From the NCBI GenBank assembly GCA_002269645.1, contig NIVC01003307.1, positions 1 to 64,000 on the forward strand: a stretch of DNA of 64,000 bases, in the 5' to 3' direction. Positions within the stretch are counted from its first letter, which is position 1. The number at the start of each line of letters is the position of its first letter. The DNA comes from Macrostomum lignano. Its lineage: Eukaryota. Shown piece after piece: positions 11,252 to 23,200 of this stretch. The notes beneath the pieces are model-generated. The model did no database searches. It worked only from the letters and a program-made list of their open reading frames with translations, and was not told the DNA's origin. Made by a program: the position numbers and the translations under genes.

Positions 11252-14200
11252 CAGCAGTAAAAGTAGTAGACAGGCCCCCACCTGCCCAACGCCCAGACTC
11301 ACCGTCAGTGAAGCCAGCTGAGCCACTCCGGCGTCCAGCTGACCAACCAGGCAATTCTTGCGAAGCGACACCTCCAGGAGGCTGTCGGCGAACGGCGGCT
11401 TCGCCAGCCGCTCGGGCAGTCCAGCCAACTCGTTGCCGGAGAGGTCAATCCGGGTCACGCTGACGCCAGTCTCCGAGTTGTTGGCCAACAGTTCGAGCAG
11501 CGGTTCCGGCACTTCCGCTACTCGCTTGTCGGCATATTTTAAACTGCCGGTGACGCGCAGCTCGCCCAGGTCCAGGCCGAACTGCTGCTGCAGGGCCTGC
11601 GGGTTCGGGACGGGTTCGATTCTTATTTCTGAGACAGACTGACTCTCAGTGGGGATTTCTGAGACAGACTGACTCTCAATGGGGATTTCTGAGACAAGCT
11701 GATTCTCAATGGAGATTTCTGAGACAGACTGACTCTCTCAATGGGGATTTCTGAGACAGACTGACTCTCTCAATGGGGATTTCTGAGACAGACTGACTCT
11801 CAATGGAGATTTCTGAGACAGACTGACTCTCGATGGGGATTTCTGAGACAGACTGACTCTCAATGGGGATTTCTGAGACAGACTGACTCTCAATGGGGAT
11901 TTCTGAGACAGACTGACTCTCAATGGAGATTTCTGAGACAGACTGACTCTTAATGGGGATTTCTGAGACAGACTGACTCTCAATGGAGATTTCTGAGACA
12001 GACTGACTCTCTCAATGGGGATTTCTGAGACAGATTGACTCTCAATGGGGGTTTCTGAGACAGACTGACTCCCAATGAGGATTTGCTTCAGTTCACCTCA
12101 CCTGTAGAGCAGTTTTGGGGGCCGGGTCCTTTTTGCTGATTTTTTTACTACAGGCGGACGCAGCTGCGGCGACTTCCGTAGCGGAGCCGCCAGAAGCGAC
12201 GGCGGCAGCGGCGGCGGCGGCAACGGCGGCTGCGGCGTCAACGGCGGCCTCGGCAGCCGCGGGCTGGGCGATGCGCGAAGCCAGATGCTTTTTGATGGCC
12301 TCAGTGCCCCTGGCAACAACTTCGCGACGCAGGGCTCGAAGCGGATTGCCGTCCAGCAGGATGCACTTCAGCCCAGTGAGCAGGCCGAGCTCGTTTGGCA
12401 GGCTGCTCAAATCGTTATTAGTGAGGTCCAATCGCTCAAGCAGAGGCAGCAACCCAGCCAACTCGACGGGCAGTTCAGACAGGCAGTTGCGCTTCAGATC
12501 CAGATGGCGAAGGCTGACGCCCAGCGGACGGAGCCTGTCTGGCAACAGCCGGCTAATCCTGTTATTAACCAGGTGCAACTCCTTGAGCTTGGCTGGTGAA
12601 TCTGGATCGGCTCCAATTGGCGGCAGGTCGGTCAGCTGATTGTCGGACAGGTCCAGCACCTCCAGAGCCGGATAGGGGCCGCCTGGCAGGTGCTCGAGCC
12701 GGTTGCCGGCCAGGCCAAGGCGACTCAAGGCTGGGAGGTGGGCCACCCCAGCTGGCAGGCTGTCAATCCGGTTGCCGCCGGCCTCCAGACAGCGGAGGCA
12801 GCGCAGCATGGCGATACTGTCCGGCAGGCCGGTCAGCTGATTGTCCGCAATGTCCAACTCGGACAGACTGTCCAGCCGGCCAATGTCGGGCGGCAATTCG
12901 GACAGGCAGTTGGCTGACACGCTCAGCTGGACAAGGGAGCCGCTGGAGGCCAGGCTGGGCGGCAACTCGATCAGCCGATTCTTCGAGGCGTTGAGGCTGC
13001 GCAGCTCAGCGAGCTGCCCGACGGCGTCAGGCAGGCGGATCAGCCGGTTGTCCCGGACATCGACAACTGCCAGATGGGGAAACTTGACGATGGACTCGGA
13101 CAGAGACTCCAGCCTGTTGGCTGACAGGTAGAGCTTCGTCAGCTCTGCAACCTCCCACCAGCGCGGCCCGTTGTCCCCGGATCTGTCCAGTGCGATGTCG
13201 GCTGGGGAGGCGTCTGCGCTGTTGGCCAGCTGCCAAGTGGGTTGCAGGTGGGGCTTCTGGGACTGCGCTGCGACTTGAAGTTCAGCCAATGTAGAGGCGA
13301 ATTAGGGAGAGTCTCATTGCTTTAGTGGCGGACTTGGGGAGAATCTCATTGCTTTAGTGGCGGACTTGGGGAGAATCTCATTGCTTTAGTGGCGGACTTG
13401 GGGAGAATCTCATTGCTTTAGTGGCGAGTTTGGGGAGAATCTCATTGCTTTAGTGGCGGACTTGGGGAGAATCTCATTGCTATAGTGGTGGACTTGGGGA
13501 GAATCTCATTGCTTTAGTGGCGGGTTTGGGGAGAATCTCATTGCTTTAGTGGCGGGTTTGGGGAGAATCTCATTGCTATAGTGGTGGGTTTGGGGAGAAT
13601 CTCATTGCTTTAGTGGTGGGTTTGGGGAGAATCTCATTGCTATAGTGGTGGACTTGGGGAGAATCTCATTGCTATAGTGGTGGACTTGGGGAGAATCTCA
13701 TTGCTATAGTGGCGGACTTGGGGAGAATCTCAATGCTTTAGTGGCGGACTTGGGGAGAATCTCATTGCTATAGTGGTGGGTTTGGGGAGAATCTCATTGC
13801 TTTAGTGGCGGACTTGGGGAGAATCTCATTGCTATAGTGGTGGGTTTGGGGAGAATCTCATTGCTTTAGTGGCGGACTTGGGGAGAATCTCATTGCTATA
13901 GTGGTGGGTTTGGGGAGAATCTCATTGCTTTAGTGGCGGACTTGGGGAGAATCTCATTGCTATAGTGGTGGGTTTGGGGAGAATCTCATTGCTTTAGTGG
14001 TGGACTTGGGGAGAATCTCATTGCTTTAGTGGCGGGTTTGGGGAGAATCTCATTGCTATAGTGGTGGACTTGGGGAGAATCTCATTGCTATAGTGGTGGA
14101 CTTGGGGAGAATCTCATTGCTATAGTGGTGGGTTTGGGGAGAATCTCATTGCTATAGTGGTGGACTTGGGGAGAATCTCATTGCTATAGTGGTGGACTTG

Positions 14201-14776
14201 GGGAGAATCTCATTGCTATAGTGGTGGGTTTGGGGAGAATCTCATTGCTTTAGTGGTGGGTTTGGGGAGAATCTCATTGCTATAGTGGTGGACTTGGGGA
14301 GAATCTCATTGCTATAGTGGTGGACTTGGGGAGAATCTCATTGCTATAGTGGTGGGTTTGGGGAGAATCTCATTGCTATAGTGGTGGACTTGGGGAGAAT
14401 CTCATTGCTTTAGTGGCGGACTTGGGGAGAATCTCATTGCTATAGTGACGGACTTGGGGAGAATCTCATTGCTATAGTGACGGACTTGGGGAGAATCTCC
14501 CCCTCTTGGCAAGAAACTAGCCAGCTAGAGGCCAAAAGACCAGCAACTCACCTGCCACACTTTATCGGGCACATGAGACAAATCTTTATTAGAAAGATTC
14601 AGCACTCCAGTCTGCTTAGCTGTCTTCAACAATCCGTTCGGCACATTATCGTTGAATCCTTCGGCAGGGCCCGCTGGGCCGCCAGGCAGAGCTGACGCTT
14701 TCGGCGAAGTCATCTGACGACCTCGACGACCATCGAAGTTTGGATCCATGAAGTTGTTGCGCCTTCCAAAACTCAT
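10092..14776 (-). CDS. LRRC40: Leucine-rich repeat-containing protein 40 ortholog; exons 14776-14552, 13229-12102, 11596-11303, 10475-10092
   Basis: N-terminal VPNGLLKTAKQTGVLNLSNKDLSHVPDKVW, RWWE..ELTKL, tandem LRRs, and C-terminal LEGNRFRVPR...KGTAFVLEYLRNRI match the LRRC40 pattern. All introns GT-AG, phase 0. Exon 2 and 3 acceptors have nearby in-frame alternatives. Confidence 0.9.
10487..11268. repeat. (TAG)n/(CTA)n microsatellite filling LRRC40 intron 3
   Basis: About 780 bp trinucleotide array; source of the poly-T/L/S ORFs. Confidence 0.98.
11626..12080. repeat. 30-bp minisatellite in LRRC40 intron 2
   Basis: Unit ATTTCTGAGACAGACTGACTCTCAATGGGG. Confidence 0.97.
13305..14499. repeat. 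32-bp minisatellite in LRRC40 intron 1
   Basis: Unit GGGGAGAATCTCATTGCTWTAGTGGYGGRYTT. Confidence 0.98.
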
Positions 14777-15194
14777 CGTAGTAGCGGGATGGGGGGCGCT
14801 GAAGTTTGATAAAGTGCAAGACTAAATAACAGCTTCAAATTCCTCTCTATAGTGATTGCCTTTTTACTCTGGCTAAGACTAGGAGCAATCAAAGTAAAAC
14901 ATTGGTTTGGGGCATAGACATTATGCATTTTTTATTAGAGGCTGTGTGCACACTGGCGCACTTTAAGCGACTTTGTTCACACAACCGGCGAGAGGCATTA
15001 CTGCCCATTCAGCAGACTCCCTGAGCAGGCAAACAAGTGCGCGGATATGTACACAGTCATAAGCACAAGCACACACACAGGAATGTACAGCGGCCCTAAC
15101 TTTATTTACTTCATTGTGATTTTGGGGGGTTAACCATCAAGGGCGTGAATTGCACTGAGCAGAACCAAGCCAAGATTCCAATTCAGCCCTAAAT

Positions 15195-15272
15195 TAATGT
15201 GACTGCACTTGGAATCGAGCCTGGGCCGCTGGTACATCAGAGCGCCACGCTAGACCACTGGGCTATGACCCC
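15195..15272 (-). mobile_element. tRNA-derived SINE head or tRNA pseudogene
   Basis: Minus strand has A-box-like TAGCCCAGTGGTCTAG and B-box-like GGCTCGATTCC at tRNA-like spacing; acceptor stem does not pair. Confidence 0.5.
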
Positions 15273-15409
15273 CCCCCATAGACATCATGCAACTTGTATG
15301 TAAACTCACTCTCTAGAATGGGGCTGGGGGAGGGAATACGCACTGACTGAGGATAGAAAGAGGTCTGGATTTATGGGTACAAGAAGCATGGACTTCTCTA
15401 AGTAGAGAA

Positions 15410-17335
15410 ACCAGATGCTAGCTAGAGAAGCCAGATGCTAGCTAGAGAAACCAGATGCTAGCTAGAGAAGCCAGATGCTAGCTAGAGAAACCAGATGCTA
15501 GCTAGAGAAGCCAGATGCTAGCTAGAGAAGCCAGATGCTAGCTAGAGAAACCATATGCTAGCTAGAGAAGACAGATGCTAGCTAGAGAAGCCAGATGCTA
15601 GCTAAAGAAGCCAGATGCTAGCTAGAGAAACCAGATGCTAGCTAGAGAAGCCAGATGCTAGCTAGAGAAGCCAGATGCTAGCTAGAGAAACCAGATGCTA
15701 GCTAGAGAAGCCAGATGCGAGCTAGAGAAGCCAGATGCTAGCTAGAGAAACCAGATGCTAGCTAGAGAAACCATATGCTAGCTAGAGAAGCCAGATGCTA
15801 GCTAGAGAAGCCAAATGCTAGCTAGAGAAGCCAGATGCTAGCTAGAGAAGCCAGATGCTAGCTAGAGAAACCAGATGCTAGCTAGAGAAGCCAGATGCTA
15901 GCTAGAGAAGCCAGATGCTAGCTAGAGAAACCATATGCTAGCTAGAGAAGACAGATGCTAGCTAGAGAAGCCAGATGCTAGCTAAAGAAGCCAGATGCTA
16001 GCTAGAGAAACCAGATGCTAGCTAGAGAAGCCAGATGCTAGCTAGAGAAGCCAGATGCTAGCTAGAGAAACCAGATGCTAGCTAGAGAAGCCAGATGCTA
16101 GCTAGAGAAACCAGATGCTAGCTAGAGAAACCATATGCTAGCTAGAGAAGACAGATGCTAGCTAGAGAAGCCAGATGCTAGCTAAAGAAGCCAGATGCTA
16201 GCTAGAGAAACCATATGCTAGCTAGAGAAGCCAGATGCTAGCTAGAGAAGCCAGATGCTAGCTAGAGAAACCAGATGCTAGCTAGAGAAGCCAGATGCTA
16301 GCTAGAGAAGCCAGATGCTAGCTAGAGAAACCATATGCTAGCTAGAGAAGACAGATGCTAGCTAGAGAAGCCAGATGCTAGCTAAAGAAGCCAGATGCTA
16401 GCTAAAGAAGCCAGATGCTAGCTAGAGAAACCATATGCTAGCTAGAGAAGCCAGATGCTAGCTAGAGAAACCAGATACTAGCTAGAGAAGCCAGATACTA
16501 GCTAGAGAAGCCAGATGCTAGCTAAAAAACCAGATGCTAGCTAAAGAAGCCAGATGCTAGCTAGAGAAGACAGATACTAGCTAGAGAAACCAGATGCTCA
16601 CTGGAGAAGCCAGATGCTAGCTAGAAAAGCCATCTAGCTACAGAAGCCAGATAGGGTTTTATTTTTCACCAGAGACAAGGTGCAAAATTGCACCCTATGC
16701 TCAATTTTAAGGCTTTAAGTGCAATTTCTCTTTTTTCATATTTTTAAAGCAGTACAAATGAGGCTTCAATGGAAAAATAGGTTATGAGAATGCACCTAAA
16801 CTGCATCCACTTTTCAATTTCAGGATGTGACTTAAAATTTAAGGTATATATGCACACTGTGCACAAAAAATAAGCCTAGAAGCCAGATGCTAGCTGCCTA
16901 GCTAGAGAAACCAGATGCTAGCTAAAGAAGCCAGATGCTAGCTAGAGAAACCAGATGCTAGCTAAAGAAGCCAGATGCTAGCTAAAGAAGCCAGATACTA
17001 GCTAAAGAAGCCAGATGCTAGCTAGAGAAGCCAGATGCTAGCTAAAGAAGCCAGATGCTAGCTAGAGAAACCAGATGCTAGCTAGAGAAGACAGATGCTA
17101 GCTAGAGAAACCAGATGCTAGCTAAAGAAACCAGATGCTAGCTAAAGAAGCCAGATGCTAGCTAAAGAAGCCAGATGCTAGCTAGAGAAGCCAGATGCTA
17201 GCTAAAGAAGCCAGATGCTAGCTAGAGAAACCAGATGCTAGCTAAAGAAGCCAGATGCTAGCTAGAGAAGCCAGATGCTAGCTAAAGAAGCTAGATGCTA
17301 GCTAAAGAAGCCAGATACTAGCTAAGAAAGCTAGA
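15410..17335. repeat. 20-bp minisatellite (CCAGATGCTAGCTAGAGAAG) in the LRRC40-NDC80 intergenic region, interrupted at 16654-16876
   Basis: Direct tandem units. Confidence 0.97.
16654..16876. mobile_element. Possible small MITE inside the 20-bp array
   Basis: Unique AT-rich 223 bp with imperfect ends GGGTTTTATTTTT / AAAAAATAAGCC and TA on both sides; weak. Confidence 0.3.
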
Positions 17336-17990
17336 TACCTCTCTAACTAGATAATATATCTTAAAATATATTTATTCTTTACCCATGGTATAGGTATTTG
17401 GCATTGAAATTTTAGTAAAGAAGGCATATAAAACCTCTTGAAATGCAAATAGTTAGTGATTTCAAGTCTAATAGCTATTTGACTTAGCCTATAGGCCTAG
17501 GTCTAGCTTCAAAAATAGGGCCAATAGGGCCTACCAAACTTAAAATCCTATTTAAGTCACAGAATACTGAGCTAATATATAGAATGCCAGTGTCATCCAA
17601 AAAGTGAAGCTTAAATCTTTATTCCCTGAGCACTTACTTTTTGACCATAAACAAAAAACAAAAGTAGCATTTAACCAAAGAATATTAAGCTAATACAAGC
17701 TTCTTAGTTTGTAGTCATTTGCACAGGACTATTCTTTTCTTAAAATTTTGACTGAACTTTAATGTTACTTGTCTGTCACTAGATCGTCTTGTCGCCGGAT
17801 TGTCTGGAAGCCTGAAAGGAATAGCAATCCTAGAAGATTGGTAGCTCTCCCTCAATACTAGTAGCCAGTAATAGCTATGGTGGTCTTAGTGTGTGGCAGT
17901 CTTAGTCATGCGCCTTTATTCTTTGTACCTAGTGGCCTACTCCTTTTATATATTACATATTTAATATCTAGTTAAAATATAATTTGTACC

Positions 17991-18965
17991 GGCTTCTAGA
18001 CAATCCGGCAACAAGACGATCCAGCAACAGACAATCCAGCGACAGTCAATCCGGGGACAGACGATTCGGCGACAGATATAAAATCAACATATATTAGCAT
18101 ATATATGGATTAGTTGAGCTACTATTTTTAGCTCTTTGTACTTGTACTTAAATACTTTAATAACAATTACTTAAACTACAATTGTTGCAGTTATTACTGT
18201 TGTTCTTATAGCTGTTGATTTTCAAAATGTCATTTTCAAAGAAAGCTACCCCTATAAAAATATATAGACAGTGGGGACAGATACTAGCAGACTGTCGAGG
18301 CTGAAATGTTATTGGAGATACATGTACATGCATTAGAGATCAAAATATTCAATCATTCATGAATTTTCTGCACCTAATGTAACCACTGATCACTCATGCT
18401 TAAAAGTAAGTGACAATTTTAAAACAGAAAAAAATGATTACAAAACATTAATCATCCATCTCGATGTTTTAAAATGTGAAATATATTCAATGTTCAATGT
18501 GTTCAATGTTCAGTTGTGTTCAGATTGGCAAATGGGGTTTATATTTACATGTACATGCGGAAAAGCAAATAGTGTAGAATATAATATTGGATCATAATCA
18601 TACAAATTTGATTTCCAAGCAGATTTAACTGATAAAATTGTATTCAGAAAGAAATTAATCTAGAAATTAGCTAAAACGATCCAGAAAAATTAGCCGGCGA
18701 AACACAACCTTTCTTTGAAAATAACATTTTGAAAATCAACAGCTATTTACAGCTGTAATAATAAAACTGCAAAAATTATAGTTCAGGTAATTGTTGTTTA
18801 ATTATTTAAGTATTACATAGTAATAATAAAGACCTAAAAATAATAGCTTAACTATATGCTGATATATCTTGATTTAATATCTGTCGCCGGATCGTCTGTC
18901 GCCGGATTGACTGTCGCCGGATTGTCTGTCGCCGGATCGTCTTGTCGCCGGATTGACTGGATACC
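17991..18965. mobile_element. Non-autonomous DNA transposon (MULE- or Merlin-like) with long TIRs and a 9-bp TSD
   Basis: Perfect TSD ATTTGTACC at 17982-17990 and 18966-18974; GG...CC termini; about 250-bp imperfect inverted arms with 15-16-bp GTCGCCGGAT subrepeats; no ORF. Confidence 0.85.
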
Positions 18966-20225
18966 ATTTGTACCTCAATGTCATGACCTCAATATCCTCA
19001 ATAATATATTTCTACTTCAACTTTGTCTTTATTATGTGTATGTCAATTGTCAAGTTAACTTTTATTAAATCAATTTTTGCATATAAAATAAAAAAATGTA
19101 AATAAAATATAACAAAATGTATAAATCAATATTGTAGATCAGTAGGCCTAGTCAGTTGATATAATATAATGACCAAGCCATTGGTTTAAATAACCCAATG
19201 GCTTCATGGCTGTGTTTTAAACTTATTGGGAGCCAAGGGCTCTATGAATTTAATTTTTTAGCTACAATTTTAGCAAGCCAGACAAAATAGTAGAATAGGT
19301 CAGAGAAGATAGTTATCAACATTGATGCTTGTGGTTTTTTCAGTCCCAATTCTTAAGAGTTTATTCTTTGTCAGTAGCTCAAGAATATAATGTTTCACAG
19401 AAATAAGACTGAGTTTTAGCTAGGATACAACTTATTCTATTATATGGGGATCTATCATATGGAACCAAAGAATGAAAGTATTCTTTTTCAAAGAATGAGC
19501 TTAGTATTCTTTGGTTGGAACTTACAAATAGCCTTTAAGGCATTTTACAAAGACAATGTCTATGGTAAAAACTTCATGTTACTCATATCTTTAGGACACA
19601 TCTAGAGTTATCCTTGAGTTGAAAGTTACATAATAAATGAGCCTAGATTTTATAGGATATTATTAGCATTGATAATTATTTTCATAATATTTTATTGTTG
19701 CTAGCTTTATTGTTGTTGCTTAATTATCTCATGCCATCTCCAATAGAACTTTAATTTCTTTCTTAGTAAAATTAGATCTTCACTTGTTAGCCATCTATAT
19801 GATGATTGTTTCTTTGTAATTCTATGTATAAAATAAAATGGAAGGTCTTTTCTAATATGTGCAAATTGTGTATAGCCAGTCCTATCCCCAACTGCCTCCA
19901 TATACCAAAGCTCAAACTTTGCTAGGATCAGGGTTAGAAGTGACTCTTAAGTGTCTATGAAATGCATTTGTAACTGAGTCATACGTTCAACCATAAACTT
20001 GGAACTGTAGATTCAATCTTAGGAGGATTTTGTAAAATGCCCCCCCCCTTTTGGTTCATTCATTCTTTGTCTCATTGTCGTGTATTCCGATATCCCTTTT
20101 TGTTTTTGTTGTTGCTGTATGGCCAAAACATGTGTGCAGGCACCCCACATAAACAAAAATTGTATCTAGGCACTATGATCACCTGTTTGTCTTCTGCCAA
20201 TTCAAACACATACGCACTGGCCAGT

Positions 20226-23200
20226 ATGAAGCGCTCTGGACTGCCCAGACCTCAGCAATCTGATGCCAACACTCGCCGCAGCCGGCCCCATGGCACCCTG
20301 ACTGAGCGCAAAAGCAGCTTCTTACCCAGCAGTGTGGCAACGCCTGGAAAGCGCCAGACAGAGAAAGATACCAGAAACTTGAAAGATCGTACCTGGCAGA
20401 AAGCTGTGGTTATTCGCGCCCAGTCATTTATTGAAGTGGTTGGCCTGCAGGCGCTGTGCACCAGTTCGCTGAAGCCGGGCTCGATTTGGACTTTGAAGGA
20501 GATCTACAATGTGCTTGAAGGCTTCGTGTCTGGCGTTATTGACTTAGGTCAGTCGTCGTCTTTCTCATCCATACCAGCCGATAGCAAGCAGCGGGCGGAG
20601 CAGCTTTACAATAAGATCGAGTATCTAGGCTATCCATATGTGCTGAGCAAGCAGGTGAGTTTCCAAATAAGTTCAGCATAGGTGTCAGAAGTTTAACGGT
20701 GATTGCTAATGTGAAGCTTTGAGCTTGTGAATGAATTTTCGAGCTTGTGTGAAGCATCGAGCTTGTGTGAAGCATCGATCTTGTGAATGAATCTTCGAGC
20801 TTGTGTGAAGCATCGAGCTTGTGAATGAATCTTCGAGCTTGTGTGAAGCATCGAGCTTGTGAATGAATCTTTCAGCTTGTGAATGAATCTTCGAGCTTGT
20901 GAATGAATCTTTCAGCTTGTGAATGAATCTTCGAACTTGTGAATGAATCTTTCAGCTTGTGAATGAAGCATCGAGCTTGTGAATGAATCTTCGAGCTTGT
21001 GAATGAATCTTCGCGCTTGTGAATGAATCTTCGCGCTTGTGAATGAATCTTCGAGCTTGTGAATGAATATTCAAGCTTGTGAAAGAATCTTCGAGCTTGT
21101 GAATGAATCTTCGAGCTTGTGAATGAATCTTCGCGCTTGTAAATGAATCTTCGAGCTTGTGAATGAATCTTCGAGCTTGTGAATGAATCTTCGAGCTTGT
21201 GAATGAATCTTCAAGCTTGTGAATGAATCTTCGAGCTTGTGAATGAAGCTTTGAGCTTGTGAATGAAGCTTCGAGCTTGTGAATGAATCTTCGAGCTTGT
21301 GAATGAATCTTCAAGCTTGTGAATGAATCTTCGAGCTTGTGAATGAATCTTCAAGCTTGTGAATGAATCTTCGAGCTTGTGAATGAATCTTCGAGCTTGT
21401 GAATGAATCTTCGAGCTTGTGAATGAATCTTCGCGCTTGTGAATGAATCTTCGAGCTTGTGAATGAATATTCAAGCTTGTGAAAGAATCTTCGAGCTTGT
21501 GAATGAATCTTCGAGCTTGTGAATGAATCTTCGAGCTTGTGAATGAATCTTCGAGCTTGTGAATGAATCTTCAAGCTTGTGAATGAATCTTCGAGCTTGT
21601 GAATGAATCTTCGAGCTTGTGAATGAATCTTCAAGCTTGTGAATGAATCTTCGAGCTTGTGAATGAATCTTCAAGCTTGTGAATGAATCTTCGAGCTTGT
21701 GAATGAATCTTCGAGCTTGTGAAAGAATCTTCGAGCTTGTGAATGAATCTTCAAGCTTGTGAAGCTTCGAGCTTGTGAATGAATCTTCGAGCTTGCGAAT
21801 GAAGCTTCAAGCTTGTGAAGCTTCGAGCTTGTGAATGAATCTTCGAGCTTGCGAATGAAGCTTCGAGCTTGCGAATGAAGCTTCGAGCTTGTAGACTGTC
21901 CAGCTTGTGAAGTGAATACGCTATAGTCATTCGGTAATTTTTCAAGTATTCTAAACCGCACTCTTTATAAAGGTGTTGAGTTCGCCCAACACGCCGCACA
22001 ACTGGCCGCTAGTGCTCGGCCTGATCGATTATCTCTGCGACAAGCTCGACGAGCGCAAAGACGGCGCCGCCCAGTACCAGCGGATGTTGCAGCGGCCCGG
22101 CGAGTGCGGCGCCAGCCTTGGCGACATTCTGCACGCCATGGAGGAGGGCTACGCTTTCTTCTTGCAGCATGGCAAAGATGGCGGACACTTTGTTGACCGG
22201 CTGGTTCAGCCCTCGCTAATTAGAAAGCGACGCGATCTGGCACAGGCCGAGGAGAAGGCGCGCTTGGCTGCCGAGGAGGCGCGCGTTTGGAAAGAGCGCG
22301 CTGTGCCGGCGCAACGGCTGCAGCAGGTGCGGTCTCGGGCGGAGATTTGGGCTCGGGGTGTCAGACGGGTGGAAAAGAGGGTGTCAGACTTGAGTGGGGA
22401 AGAGTGTCAGAAAGAGTGGGGAAGAGGTGTCAGACTGAGTGGGGAAGAGTGTCAGAAAGTGTGGGGAAGAGTGTCAGAAAGAGTGGGGAAGAGGTGTCAG
22501 ACTGAGTGGGGAAGAGGTGTCAGACTGAGTGGGGAAGAGGTGTCAGACTGAGTGGGGAAGAGGTGTCAGACTGAGTGGGGAAGAGGTGTCAGACTGAGTG
22601 GGGAAGAGGGTGTCAGACTGAGTGGGGAAGAGGTGTCAGACTGAGTGGGGAAGAGGGTGTCAGACTGAGTCGGGAAGAGGGTGTCAGACGTGATTAATTA
22701 GTTCTTAGCTTCATCATAGATTATGCTGATTGACTGGCGATACAATTAGAAGCTGCATTCTCAATTTCTCAGGAGCTTCAAGAGCTCCAGGAGCGATTCG
22801 CCCGCGCCGAGCAGGAGGCGGACCGGCTGCGCGAACGGCGCTCCCAGCTGGAGTCGGAGCTGCCGCTGAAGGAGGCGGAGCTGGCCGCCGGCCGCACCCA
22901 GATCGACCGGCTCCGTGACGAATGCGAGCAGCTGTCTGAGCGGATCCGGGCCCAGCCAGTGTCTCAGGTGCGTTGTTTGAATTGATTTTTACTTTTTTTA
23001 AAAATATAAAGTCCGAGAGATCAGTTACTGAAAGTAGAAATGCAGACATTTTACTGTTATAAATTTCGCACGCGGTGCAAAAATTATTGGCACGAAAAAC
23101 AGTTTGTGTTGTTATCTGTCCCCGGGTTCGATTCCTTGGAGCGACCGAGTAAGAAAATGACCTGCTTTCAAGTTTTTTTCGCTACATATCGTCTCAGAAA

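Noticed and set aside
11587-14560. Introner-like target duplications at LRRC40 introns (TGGCAG at both ends of intron 1; ALQ/ALQ at intron 2)
   Set aside because: Not seen at NDC80, RAD54B or OXSM introns; explained by the CAG splice consensus.
23120-23140. B-box-like GGTTCGATTCC in NDC80 intron 3
   Set aside because: No A-box or cloverleaf upstream.
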